From assembly GCA_030264375.1 (NCBI GenBank), contig JASCQW010000001.1, positions 94,740,575 to 94,804,574 on the forward strand: a stretch of DNA of 64,000 nucleotides, given 5' to 3'. Within the stretch, counting starts at the first letter, position 1, and each line of letters opens with the position of its first letter. Under the pieces are notes generated by a model. The model was not told the origin of the DNA and made no database searches. It was given only the letters and a program-made list of their open reading frames with translations. Position numbers and translations under genes: made by a program. The DNA is from Carcharhinus longimanus (Eukaryota). Shown piece after piece: positions 24,641-37,385 of the stretch.

Positions 24641-26977
24641 ATATAGATTTCAGTGTAAATACTGAGAATATACCTAACTTGTTGTCATCAATGACCATGT
24701 TGACGAACTTATTATTTCCATTGATTAGCAGGGTGGAGAAAAATCTTCCGTAAGTTTATATGGCATAAATGAGCATATTTCCATACCAGTCATAAACAAC
24801 ATTGGGGGTGATTTTTCTTGAGCAATTTGGCTACCTTTTATATAAAATTAGTCATATCAGGAATTCTTTGTCATCACCACTAGTGCAAATGAACATTTTA
24901 AAATTGGGTCCTAACAGTAAGAGGTGGATCTTTAAGTCTGTGAATTTGTTTGAAAAACTCTAGAGATGCATTGCTTCCTGTGTTCGTAAATTTCATTGCT
25001 TGTCCTACATTTCTGCGAGTGCAACCAAAATGGGAATGAGCTTTCAACAGCTCTATGTTCAGACAGATTCAGTGAGTATGTTATCAAAAACCAAGGCAAA
25101 ACAAGTGTATGTGGGAGGGAATAGATTTAAATTAGGATGATGCCTCCTGTTTATTTTCTGGTGTAAATGATTTGTCAGTCTTGGCTTCCATAGTGGTGGA
25201 AAATATATTGCTGCTTGAAATTAAGCATACAGCAATATTGTAGTAAGGAAGCTGTCCACAACATGAAAGATTTCTTTTATGGCAGAACATCATCTATCGC
25301 TTTGTCCTCCAGTAGCTGTAAAAGCTGCTTTGATCAAAACCCTGAGGTTTTTTGTCAAGTATGTATGGTACCATGTTGAAAATGATCAACTTTGGCAGCG
25401 ATATTGGACAGATCCAGACAAAAATATTTCATTGATTTGCAACATAGTTGATTTTATATCCCAGCTGTTTACTAAGCAAAACGTATTTGTTTATAGTCGA
25501 CAGGAAGAAAATACATATGGTGCTTTTTATATTCTGAGTGTTCCAAAATGTTTGTTTGTTAGCTCTGAATTGCATGGCTATCATATAGATGTTTGCTGCA
25601 GCTGTTTTGTGCAGAGCAAGATCCTACAATAAGATGGTGAACAGTCATCTTTTTAGCGGTTTAAGGACCAATGAATATCTGGAGCAATTGGTATGTGCAA
25701 ATAACCAACAAAATGTGGGTATCATTAATAGTAATGCTGGGATTTGGGCAGCTTGGAATTAAAGGTAATCTGTGTTTTGTGTTATTAGGTCCTACCTGCA
25801 TTGCTCACTCTGCCATATGAAGAAAAGCAGAGGTAAATGGCAGTTACATACTTCTTGGCTTAATTTGTCATGATTGGAGCTCAAATTGCAAACCATTTTC
25901 TCCAAATTTTAAAACAAAACTAATGTGAAATCATCTTCCTGTTATATAAACAAGGACTAAATGTGATTGAAGAACAGATGTTTTGTAGACTGACCTGGTT
26001 TAGAATCCTATCAGTGTCTATGAAAGTGATCATTGGTGAGACATTAGAAGAAAGGTCTATTGCAGCCCTAATGCATAGGGCTGGACAGAAATGCCAGCGA
26101 TACTGGCATTCCAAGAATGAATTGATTAGAAAAATTGTTCTGTGCTTCAAATATTTTTGCAGTTTGCCCTTAAAGCGCCTGTGCCTCATCCACCTTCCCT
26201 GTGGCCAATAATAGATTTCCATGTTTAATGGATTTTTCTTAAATCTCCTCAATCTTTGGTTAACTTCTCTTCGCTACTCAAACTAAAGAAAATAGTCTTT
26301 TTCCTGTTGTCCCTTCTATAAAATCCACCATGGTTTTAAAGTCATCTGTTTTAAGTCACATTCGCTCTGCTTTAGTGGGAATTATCCCCGTATTGTGCAA
26401 TTTTCCTCAATTATAGTTTCCCATCCTTGGTGTTGCCCTGATCGATCTACAGTAAAGCTATTGATGTTTCAGTGCCCTTTTTGGAAGCTAAGTTGGCCTC
26501 TGAAAACTGGTGTACGGATTGTTGTGAAGGGAATACACTAGCTTCATGTTGCTTGTTTATTGTAATTGCTGCCTGCAACCTGCAATAACAATGCTGTTCT
26601 TTTAGCTTAATGCATCATTGGGGGGCACAAAATCGTTATTTGTTAAATCATGCTTGTAGTGCTTAAAAGGAATTATTTTTGATCATTGGGAACAAGCGGT
26701 GTATAATCATGGGAGGCTGTATGCATCAAAGGTTTTCCAACACTGTGCTGGAGAGTGGAGAAGGTAGAGTGAAGAGATGTCCTCTACCCACCCATGGATG
26801 CCAATCCTCCCAAGTGTGCAATGAGAAGGCAGTGGGGAAAAAAGCCATGGAGCTAAATGTCAAACTCTGGGAGCATGGCATCCAGCACCGCCTTGGCACA
26901 CAGCTTGGAGCATGGGACTGGCAGTAAACTCCATCAAACATACTTTTGGAACCAACCGTAATAATAGTATCTGATGG

Positions 26978-27522
26978 TCAGTGTCTCAGCGTCTCAGAGT
27001 CTCTGGGTCTCAGTGTCTCAGCGTCTCATCGTCTCTGCGTCTCAGTGTCTCAGGGTCTCTGCGTGTCTACGTCCCTGCGTCTCAGCGTCTCTGCATCGTT
27101 GGGTCTCAGTGTAACTGCGTCTCTGCGTCTCAGAGTCTCTGCGCCTCAGTGTCTCTGGGTCTCAGTGTCTCAGGGTCTCTGCGTCTCTGCGTCACTGTGT
27201 CTCTGGGTCTCAGAGTCTTTGCGCCTCAGAGTCTCTGCATCTTAGAGCCTCTGGGTCTCAGTGTCTCTGCGCCTCTGCGTCTCAGAGTCTCTGCATCTCA
27301 GAGTCTCAGAGTCTCAGAGTCTCTGCGTCTCAGGGTCTCAGTGTCTCTGCGTCTCAGTGTCTCTGCGTCTCAGTGTCGCTACGTCTCTGCACCTCTGCGT
27401 CTCTGGGTCTCAGTGTCTCTGTGTCTCAGGTTCTCTGCGTCTCTCCGTCCCTGCGTCTCTGCTTCTCAGGGTCTCTGCTTCTCTGCATCTCAGAGTCTCT
27501 GCGTCTCAGAGTCTCTGCATCT
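26978..27522. repeat. 8-bp-period minisatellite, unit GTCTC(A/T)GN, truncated by a gap
   Basis: gtctcagc gtctcaga gtctctgg gtctcagt... repeated for about 545 bp up to the N run. Confidence 0.95.
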
Positions 27523-29084
27523 NNNNNNNNNNNNNNNNNNNNNNNNNNNNNNNNNNNNNNNNNNNNNNNNNNNNNNNNNNNNNNNNNNNNNNNNNNNNNN
27601 NNNNNNNNNNNNNNNNNNNNNNACCTCTTATTAAATTCTGCTGTTCTTCAATGCCCTTCTATGCTTCTATAAACTCAGCCCCGCCTCTCTTTATTCCACT
27701 GATCCTGACCTTGTGCTTCCCTTTATCACATCATTGGCATTTATGACTTCAGCCAATTAAGCCTCGTAGCTTGGAGATTGCTTTCTAAACCTCCCTAACC
27801 TCATTGTCTCCATATATTCTTTTCAAAATATGCCTTAAAATTTGCCTTTACCATCAAGGTTTTAGCCAACTTTTTGGCTCAGCATTTTTTTATGCTGCCT
27901 GTGAAGCATTTTGTTATGTTTCTCTACATTAACAGTGTTATTTTAATAATGGTGATTATTGTACAGACTTGATGGGTCAGCTGGTCTCTACATTCTTATC
28001 TTAATTTCAGCCAGGAGTCAGTATGTAGATTTGTGATTCTAACTTCTTGAAAAATAAAATTCATATTTAACAGCTAATCAAATGACTTGGTGTTGGTACC
28101 ACCTGGCTCTTTTTCCTTCAACTAAGAGGCTAAACCTTTCCCCAGGCTAAACTATAAGCAACCAATGTTGACTGTGACTATGGTAAATAATGTCTCTCTC
28201 TTTTCTCCCCCCTCTCCACCCCAGTGCCTCTCCACTGTCAGCTGGGTGAGACTGCACTCACTTGGTTCCTTGCTTATCTGTTCAGTCATTTAGCATGAAA
28301 ATTAAGGGAGCTGATTGTGAGGTTTAACTGATCTTGCCTGGGTAAGCTATCCCTGTGTTTTACCTTTATCACAGTAACCTGGTTGCCTTTTCCGACCTTT
28401 GGTAAGTCATTTTCTGTCGAGCTATGCAGTGATCTGTTTTGGCATTCTATTGTTGGTTGCTGCATTGTTTCCAGCAGAAGTCACTAAAGGATTAATGCAA
28501 GTCTTAATTAGTTCCTTCCAGCGATTGGAGAATAGGTGGGGAAATGGGGTAATTTTGGTTGGTTATCCAAAATCTTGAATTTAGCATAAGAACATGGAAG
28601 TCATGAAGGGATAGGAGAAAGACGGTTGAATCTGTTAACTGAGGTAGCAAAGATATTGTTGTTCTGTCCTGTTCTATCTCCGCTCATCTCCAAGTTCTGT
28701 AAAAGCTGTTTGTACTATTTAACAGTGTGTGTAGCTTGCCATTTATTTGGTAATATTTTTAGCGATGTTATACTAAATGGCCCCTTTAAAAAGGGATGTA
28801 GTAACTAGGATTAATTTAAAATTGGCATTAATTTTCAAAGTAGTATTACAACCTAAAATGCTGTCCACAGAACACTTTCAATAAAATCCCAGAATAGAGT
28901 GAAAAAACTGAATTTGATTTTTTAAATCAATATAACCATCAAATGTCTCCTTACATGCAGCAACTTAACATGTATAGTTTGATAATGGAACTAGGGCATG
29001 TCATCACCCCATTTTAATAGGAAGTTCCATTGGTGAGCACAGTGATGCCCAGATTTATGAACAGTATGAATTCTCACATTGCCA

Positions 29085-29220
29085 GGTTAATCACGAGTCA
29101 CCTGACGAAGGAGCAGCGCACTGAAAGCTCGTGATTCCAAATAAACCTTGTTTCAACTTTAACCTGGTGTTGAGATTTACTGTGCCCGCCCCTGTCCAAT
29201 GCTGGCATCTCCACATCAGA
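29085..29220 (+). mobile_element. Penelope-like pseudo-LTR fragment (second family)
   Basis: cacctgacgaaggagcagcg...gaaagctcgtgattccaaataaacc...aacctggtgttg...gtccaatgctggcatctccacatca; its 3' half aligns with 29598-29666. Confidence 0.75.
29095..29137 (+). ncRNA. Minimal type I hammerhead ribozyme motif (Penelope-associated), stem II partly degenerate
   Basis: Stem I GAGUCAC/GUGAUUC (7 bp, one G-U); core CUGACGA plus an extra A; stem II GGAGC-agc-GCACU (one A-A mismatch, closing G-U); GAAA; palindromic AGCU in place of stem III; putative cleavage after CUC at 29130. Confidence 0.65.
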
Positions 29221-29471
29221 TTCATGAAAGTTGTGCTTGTGCAGTTATGGATTTGTTAATTAGTTGACTGCATGAGTTATAAGTTGTGCTGGGCATGGTG
29301 CTTCCTGGCACAATTGTTCTTCATGTGTGAACAAGGGTAGCAGACTACAGTTCTGGCCTACGCATGTCCAAATGCGCATTTGAGTATAGATTATAGCTGT
29401 GAATTGTGGCTCCTTTCTATGGCACAGGATGCTGAGGCTCTTGGTAGCTTCGCCAATGCTTTGCTTGCAAT

Positions 29472-29670
29472 GTAAAAAGTCTGACAACACCAGGTTTNNN
29501 NNNNNNNNNNNNNNNNNNNNNNNNNNNNNNNNNNNNNNNNNNNNNNNNNNNNNNNNNNNNNNNNNNNNNNNNNNNNNNNNNNNNNNNNNNNNNNNNNGAC
29601 TAAAACCTGGTGTTGTCAGACTTTTTACTGTGTTTACCCCAGTCCAACGCCGGCACATCCACATCATGAC
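29472..29670 (+). mobile_element. Young Penelope-like insertion with inverted termini around a gap
   Basis: Perfect 26-bp inverted repeat at 29472-29497 and 29603-29628, flanked by ttgcttgcaatg (29461-29472) and ttgtttgcaatg (29671-29682). Confidence 0.75.
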
Positions 29671-30469
29671 TTGTTTGCAATGAACAGAGATAAAGGATGA
29701 CATTTTCTAAAGTTGCAGAATCTCGTTCAGTTAATGAGTATAATGACGCATTGTATCTCTGTATTCTGACTCTTTGGATATTCTTTGAATGATCATTGTG
29801 GTCAAGCTCTTTCTCTCCCTCCTTACAAACAGTAACGCCAGCTATCCAATGCTTCACTTCCACTTCAAACTCTGTCAATTAATCAACTATTTTCTTCACT
29901 CTCAAATGTGTTTTTTTTGAGCAAGAACTTTGAAATCAAACAACAACTGGCCTGGATGGTAATAGGTTTCCACATGCCAAATGCCTCCGCACTTAGCTCT
30001 ACTTACCAACTAACTCAGCTAAACTGTTGTTGCTGACTTTTGGCACTAAATCTTTGTTTCTTCTTCCTGTCTCCTATAGGTATCTCATTCTGTTCCACTC
30101 TTTGCTTTCCTAGTCCCTTGGAATCATTCTAGAAGGCAAAGACTTCTTCCCTTCAGTATCAATTGGCTTCTTAAACTTCCTCCCTTTACAGGACTAGCCA
30201 TTTGCTTTTGTCAAATGCTTCAATCTGAAAGCTTTCACCACTTGTGCTTTTTTTTTGGCTGAAGCAGCCCAAATTGCTTGATGCTGAAACGGATTTTTTA
30301 ATATATACATTATTTGTGTTTGCATAATATCGGACCTTATCAAACTGAAAGATCTCTGTTTAGTACAAAAAGAAATGCCTACTGCAATAACTGTTACGTC
30401 TGAGCTGTATATTCAAGTTGGTGAATTGTTAGTTCTAGAACTTTGGAACATGCCTAAAGGAAAGTTATT

Positions 30470-30850
30470 ATTTATAAAGACATGAAATGCATGATCTCAG
30501 TCCATCCCAAAGCACTTCGCAGGCTGATTATTTTAAAGTGCAATCAGTCTTCTATAGGCAAATCCAATTTTGCACAACAGAGCCAAGTAACAGCAAATGA
30601 GATGAGTGCTTGGATAATTCTTTTGGTAGTCTTAAGAAGTAAATGTTGACCTGTATACTGCAAGAACTCATCTGCTGTTCTTTCAGATCTTCACGACCAT
30701 ATGTTTTCTCCAAAAGGCAGCATATCTGGTGACACAATCCCTTCTCGGTGCCTTGCCTAAAGTGTCTGTCTAGATTATGTGATCCAAGTCCTGGAGTGGA
30801 ACTTGAATCCAGAACCTTTTGACTCTGCTGTAAGTGAGCACAAATCAGCT
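30470..30850 (-). mobile_element. DeuSINE (SacSINE1-like)
   Basis: cccaaagcacttcgcag...gcaaatccaattttgcacaacagag...gtctagattatgtgatccaagtcctggagtggaacttgaatccagaaccttttgactc resembles the recalled SacSINE1 reverse strand. Confidence 0.65.
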
Positions 30851-31087
30851 ACCTGCATTGCCCCACACTGCGTGAGTGCTTGTTCCTGCACCTCACTTGC
30901 TATTACCGGTACCACAAGCAGCACTGTAGGCAGATTTTAATTTTAGCTAAAGCTGAAATATGTTAAATTGTATTCAGACTGGAATCGGTAGAAAAATATC
31001 TTGTGGTAGTAATGAAATACTTTCAGTACTTTGTGCCAAGATACTTTATTGCATTTGTGAGCTAACATATGAACATTTTATTTACAG

Positions 31088-31153
31088 GGTTCGAAAGCAT
31101 CTTGGAAGGGCTTTATGGACCAAGGTTACTCAGAGACCTCAGTTTATTTGATG
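31088..31153 (+). CDS. LCORL: LCORL coding exon (equivalent to human exon 2), 66 bp, phase 1-1
   Basis: tttacag|GG TTC GAA AGC ATC TTG GAA GGG CTT TAT GGA CCA AGG TTA CTC AGA GAC CTC AGT TTA TTT GAT G|gtaaaa translates to (G)[21 protein letters not shown]. This matches recalled human [27 protein letters not shown]. Confidence 0.95.
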
Positions 31154-33849
31154 GTAAAATGTTTGTTTTCTGAATATGGTCATAGGAAGACATTTCATTA
31201 TGAACTTCAAATGAGTGATTATGGTGCAATGGAATTTGAGGAACTTTTGATATGGGTTTCAGTTAAAATTGAACTGAAACCTGCATAAAATTTTTCAAAA
31301 ATTTAAAATTCCATCAAATGCTGCTCCTTTGAACAAGAATATATTCAGAATGAATTGACTTATTTTGTTCATCTCTAAGAAGAGCTATCTAACTTAGGCA
31401 CTTGTGCTCCACTTAAATTATGGTTCTAATTAGGTTAAAATGTCCTATTTTTCTATTTTAAAATCCACATCTTTGTCTTTGCCCTGCACTGTTCCTTAAC
31501 TAGCCATTAAAAAGGGCAATATACTGGGAATCCATTTATTGTGTTTCTTTATTATGCTGGCAGCTATATATTCTAAGTCCATAAATGATTTTGTACTTCT
31601 AGAAACCAATTTCACATTTTTTAACAACTTTACCACCAGAAAAGTGTGAACTGGGATGTTTGTTTATGGGCAGTATTCATATTTTAAGGTACTGTGATTT
31701 GCAACATGGAACACACATTTCTACAATTCCCAACATTTCTATACCTTGTACATGTTGATTAATTTGCTACTTGTATCGAAAAATAATCTCTTAATTAAGC
31801 TTCTGTGTATTTTACTACTATCTAATAGCACTGAGAAATGTTGGCTTTTAAAATATGGAATACTCAATAAGTCAAAGCGCCACGTGGTGTACTAATCATA
31901 GCGGTCCCTAAGTATCAGGTTTAGTGTGTGGTCTCTTGAGTCAGCTGATATTAGCTGTAAAAGCAGTGGGCTACAGTTATCTAGTCACCTCTCCCTCAGT
32001 TGAAGAGAGCAACAAAACTTTAGAAATGCTGATAGTCATAAATAAAATTCTGAAACCAGGGACCAACCATTATTGCTACAGATTTTGGGAGTATTCAGTG
32101 GAGAACATGATGCAATCGGTTCAAGAACAACCTGCAATATTGAACAAACAGTATATAAGTGTGTCAATTTACTACTGTATTTAAAGGTTCATATGGAGAA
32201 AAGCAAATTTTGCTTTGGGTCCTTAAATTCTTGGAGAAAGTTAGAAATAAAGTTCCAGTCTCTNNNNNNNNNNNNNNNNNNNNNNNNNNNNNNNNNNNNN
32301 NNNNNNNNNNNNNNNNNNNNNNNNNNNNNNNNNNNNNNNNNNNNNNNNNNNNNNNNNNNNNNNNNNNNNNNNNNNNNNNNNNNNNNNNNNNNNNNNNNNN
32401 NNNNNNNNNNNNNNNNNNNNNNNNNNNNNNNCCCATAACCCTTAATCCCCTCGCTTATCAAAAACCCATCAACCCGCGTCTTAAAAATATTTAGCAAGGC
32501 AGCCTCCAAGATTCTTGAGCCACTTGCTAGGGAAGTGTAATTACCTGTTCTAGTGCATCTTTTATTTTTGGAATGTTTTCACCTAAATTGTTTGCAAACA
32601 TGGTGAAAGAAGTCTTTTCCTTGCAATGGGAGCATCTGCAGACATCAGACATATATGTCACAGATGGATGTTTATCCATTATTCAGTGCTAGCACTTTGG
32701 ACTCTGTTGAAGCTGTTTTCAATTGTGCCAAACCCTACCCATCTAATTAGGATTCAATCTAGACACATGTAACCCTGCTGAGTTACCATATTCTAGTTAT
32801 TATTCGCCATAACTGTCTGGGTTGGGGCTCCAACTGTGGGAATGTTACCACCAAGTCATAGGCTTTCTTCTACTTACCAGGTTTTTTAAGTGGAAATCTG
32901 AAATGAGAGAAATGACTGGAAATGCCTATCAGTCCAATCAACATATACAAAGAGAAACAGTATAGTCTTTCAGTTAATGAAGGGTCGACATTCAAAACAG
33001 ATCCCTTTTTACACCTGCTGATTGACTTGAATCTAGCCTATATTAACAAAAAGCAATTGCAGCAGTGCAGAGTGAGACTGAATGGATGTGCACGCATCTG
33101 TCCACATCAGTCAGCAACAGTTTGTTTTTATGTAGTTTTCTGAAGGATTGCAGAAATAAGCATGAAGTAAACTAGTAATGGAGTTATGGAGAAAGTAATT
33201 ATTAGAGGTTGTGAAAAACCTGATTGAGAGGGTTCTTATTAGTACGTTAAAGATAAGAGGGGTGGAGAGGTTTAGGGAATGAGTTCTAAGAGCAGATAGC
33301 TGAATGTTCCTTTGGAAACTAGACTGGGTGAGGAGAAAAGGCACAACTCAACATAATTTGAAAGGAGCTGGAGGAGATGGGATGCCGCAAGCTTATGGAA
33401 AGATTATAAAAAGAAGCCATGCCAAGTTCCCAAAGTGTAACTTGTAGATGGTGTGCAGATTAACTATGATATACTGGTGGTGGAGGGAGAGAATATTTTA
33501 AGTGGTGGATGAGGTACTGCTCAAGTCGGCTGCTTTGTTCCGGATGGTTTTAAGGAGCATTATAAAAACGAAAAGAGGAAGATTTGGTTAGGGAACTCCG
33601 GACCTTACACCCTGAAAACGCTGCTACCATTGATGGACTGATTTAAAATGGGAATGTGCAAGAGACGGGAATTGGAGGAGTGCAAAAATCATGGAGGGTG
33701 TTGGGGCTGGAAGAGGTTGGAGAGTTGGGGTGGCTAAACCGTGGAGGCAATCAAGGTTGGAAGTTTAGAAATTGAGACATTACTGGACTACGGTTAGTGT
33801 GTATCTGCAAGCATTGCATATGAAGGCATGCGTGTGGGGATTTTGACCT

Positions 33850-35160
33850 TAACTCCACATTCTGTCTACCCCTTTGACTCCCTTTGTCAAGAATCTGTCT
33901 GCCTCCAACACTGAGTAAAGAAGAATTCTTTACAGACCCTCAAAAGAATTCTTCTCATCTCAATTTTAAATGAGAGGCCGCTTATTTTTAAACCGTGTCC
34001 CCTAGTTTGAGCCTCTCCCATAAAGGGAAGCATTCCATCAGCATCCACCTTGTCAAGTCCTCTCAGGATCTTCTATGTTTCAATAAGGTCACAGTTTAGT
34101 CTTCTAAATGCCAATGGATACGGCCCAGCCGTTCGATCTTTTCTTGTAAGATAACTCATCCCACCCACAGTCAAGTGAACTACTTCTATTGTATTTGTAT
34201 CCTATCTTAAAGAAGACACGGTACTCAGCTGTGGTCTCTCCAATGCCCTGTACACTGTAGCAAAGCATTCCATTCCCCTTACGTCAGGGACCCATTTGAT
34301 TCTGCTGACTCTGTGGAGTTTGCGCATTCTCCCTGTGCCTGCATGGGTTTCTTTCCACAGTCCAAAGACCCAGAGCTCTCTATACTGTCAAGTTCTGCAT
34401 TCTCTATTTAAATAATATGTTGCTTTTCTATTTTTCTTGCCAGTGGACATGTTCATGTTTTCCCACATTATACCTACCAGATTTTTGCCCACTCAGTTAA
34501 CCTGTCTATGTTCCTTTGCAGACTCCTTGTGCTGACTTTCACAATTTCTTACCTAACTTTGTGTCATCAGCAAATTCAGCAACTATGTTTGGTTCCTTTA
34601 TCCAAGTTATTGACATTCATTGAAAATAGTTGAGGTCTCAACATGAGGTTCCCTTGGCTGAAGTGCCCAAGACGAGAGGGCATAGGTTTAAGGTGAGTAA
34701 GTGATTTAGAGGGGATCTGAGGAAAATATTTTTCATCCCCATGGTGTGGAAACATAGAACATGCTGCCTGAGAGGGTGGTGGAGGCAGGTACACTCGCAA
34801 CATTTAAGAAGCATCAGGATGAGCACTTAAAACTGCCAAGGCATAGTACGCTATGGTCCAACTGCTGGTAAATGGGATTAGTATAAATTGGTATTTTATG
34901 GTTGGCATAGATATGATAGCTGAAAGGCCTGTTTCTTTGCTGTATGACCTGACACTGATCCCTGTGGCACTCTATCTTGGCAACTTGAAAAAAGATCCAT
35001 TTATGTCTACTTTCTGCTTACTGTTAGCTAACCAGTTTTCTCTCTGCTAATATGTTGCACTGAGAGTTCTTATTTTATACAGTAACCTTTAATGTGGCAA
35101 CATGCCAAAAGCCTTCTGGGAGTGCAGCACATCCATTTTGTCCCCCTTATCCATATTGCT
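33850..35160 (-). mobile_element. CR1 fragment with a nested HE1 fragment (about 34285-34370) and an opposite-strand CR1 3' end (about 34645-34950)
   Basis: Host sequence aaatagttgaggtctcaaca resumes as acactgatccctgtggcac after the insert. Confidence 0.7.
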
Positions 35161-35286
35161 TGATATCATATGGAGTGAGTTGTATTGGCTGAAGACTGGC
35201 ATCTGTGATGCGTGTTGCCTCAGGAGTAGCCCAAGGTGAATGATCCACTTGGCTTTTCTGACTGAAGATGCTTGCAAATGAAGATG

Positions 35287-35545
35287 CTGTCTGTGTGGAG
35301 TTTGCACGTTCTCCTCATGTCTGCGTGGGTTTCCCCTGGGTACTCCGGTTTCTTCCCACAGTCCAAAGATGTGCGGGTTAGGTTGATTGGCCATGCTAAG
35401 AAGTTGTCCCTTAGTGTCCAGGGATGCGTAGCTTAGAGGGATTAGTGGGTATAATGTTTAGGGACATGGGAGTAAGGCCTGGGTGGGATTGTGTTCGGTG
35501 CAGACTCGATGAGCCGAAGAGCGCCTCTCTGCCATACAGCATGAT
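35287..35545 (+). mobile_element. 5'-truncated HE1 SINE
   Basis: ctgtctgtgtggagtttgcacgttctcc...cccacagtccaaagatgtgcgggttagg...ggtgcagactcgatgagccgaa. Confidence 0.85.
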
Positions 35546-37189
35546 GGACGGTTTGCCCCTTGTGAGGACACTTCCTCCAATACTGACATGGGCAGATGCC
35601 CCCCCTCCCCCGCTGTCTACCGCAAGCCTGATCTAGCAGATGTATGCTTTGGATTTAGCTGGCTGATGGTGCTCCTACTGCGCCACTCTTGAATGGGGAC
35701 ATTGAAGCCGCCCTGTCCCAATCCAGAGGACGTTGGTGCCATTGCCACCATCCATGCTTCTAGTGTTCATAATGAGGAATGGTGATGGAGAAACCTGAGA
35801 TATCGGATGTAGGTTATGATTTGTATCAGGCTGTTTAAGTCTGGGACAGCTCTCCCAATTCTGATGCAAGTTCATAATTAGTGAGGAGGATGTTAAAAGG
35901 CTATAAAAGCAGGCTGTGCCTTTATTTTTGGTGTCTTAAGTCCGGTTTTATTCTTTGACTTTTCTGTAATGGTTTGCTACAACAGAGTGGCTTCCTTGGC
36001 TATTTCAGAGGATAATTAAGAAACAACCACATTGCTATGGGTCTGAAATCGTAAACCAGACTGGGTAAGGATTACAGATTTCTTTCCCTAAAGGACAATA
36101 GTGAACCAGATGTGTTCTTATTAAATTTCAAGTGTTTGGTGGTGACCATTACTGAGGCTAGTTTCTTTTAACTTCTAATTGTGTACATTAATTAAATTCC
36201 AATCAAAGCCTTTGCATTATTTGTCCAGTAACAGTACCACTATGCAACCTTTCCATCTTGCACGTAACATTTTAATCCCTTAAATTATTCTGGTGAATTG
36301 AAATTCTAAAAGCAATACCTCCTTCCTGAGATGAATAATAGGAACTGAATGCAATACTTCAGATACAGTCTAGTTAGAACCTTATATAACTGCAGCATAA
36401 CATCTTCCAAATTCCATTAATCTATTTTTTTGTCTTCATAATGAAGATCATCTAAACCACTGGGCTTTAAATTGACCATGAGGCTTAATACTTCCTAAAC
36501 CTCTACTCCTTCCTTGTTATATCTCTACTCTTTCCTGCATAGGAAGTTTCATTTACCAGCTCAACCTCAGCCTTAGAGAGATCGCTTTGTATTTCATCAT
36601 GAATCATCACGTATTGCCTTCTTGACACTTAACTGGCTAGGAAATGGAGGTATAGTTGCACATATATCATAGTTCTGTAATAAATAAGCCTACAATATTT
36701 GCACAATGTGCATGCCCTGTTTTAATTGAAGCTAGTAACATAATGTAGTTTGAATTTTGGTCCATTGGTTCAGGTGTGCTCTTGACTGAATTGATTTTCA
36801 GAATATGATTGACTTTAAAGAGTGAAAATTTTAAAGAAATTGCCCCTTCCCTCTTCCAGTTAATGTGGTTGACCTCTGTGTGGTAGGTAATCTTCTGTTT
36901 GTCTAGATTTTGGTCCAATAAAGACTGAAACTATTGTCTTCTGAACAACCTACAAATTCTCTTCCTGGCTATCAACTCCATTTCTTTAATCTGGCAACTG
37001 TCTGTCTGAACCAGCCTTTTCATGACCTTCATATTTCACCCTAGATGTGCTTCCATTCAGCATCAATAAGATTGTCTATTTCCACATCCTATGTAGCCTT
37101 ACTCTGCCCTTATCTCTGCTTATCTGCTGAAACTATCTATATCTTTGTTAGCTCATTGATTATTAAAAATGCATGTTTGTGTGACCTTT

Positions 37190-37385
37190 GACATTGGCTG
37201 AATGGCTGGTTAATGATGCCAACGTCACAGGTTCAATTCCCGTACCAGTTGAGATTATTCGTGAAGACTCGCCTTCTCAACTGTGCCCCTCACCTGAGTT
37301 GTGGTGATCTTCAGGTTAAATCACCACCAGTCAGCCCTTCCCCTGGAAGGAGAGAGCTGCCTATGGTCATCAAGGTGACTTAAGT
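37190..37385 (+). mobile_element. tRNA-headed SINE of a further family (UCON3-like, tentative)
   Basis: B box ggttcaattccc, followed by ccttctcaactgtgcccctcacctgagttgtggtgatcttcaggttaaatcaccaccagtcagc. Confidence 0.5.

Noticed and set aside
26946-27746. Long overlapping ORFs (up to 217 aa) rich in S/L/V/C/R
   Set aside because: They are translations of the 8-bp minisatellite plus N runs, with no coding signature.
1-31087. LCORL exon 1 or promoter
   Set aside because: No CpG island or exon encoding the CRSPRC...LDSWRHRL..CV segment was seen, so exon 1 must lie upstream of the window or within a gap.
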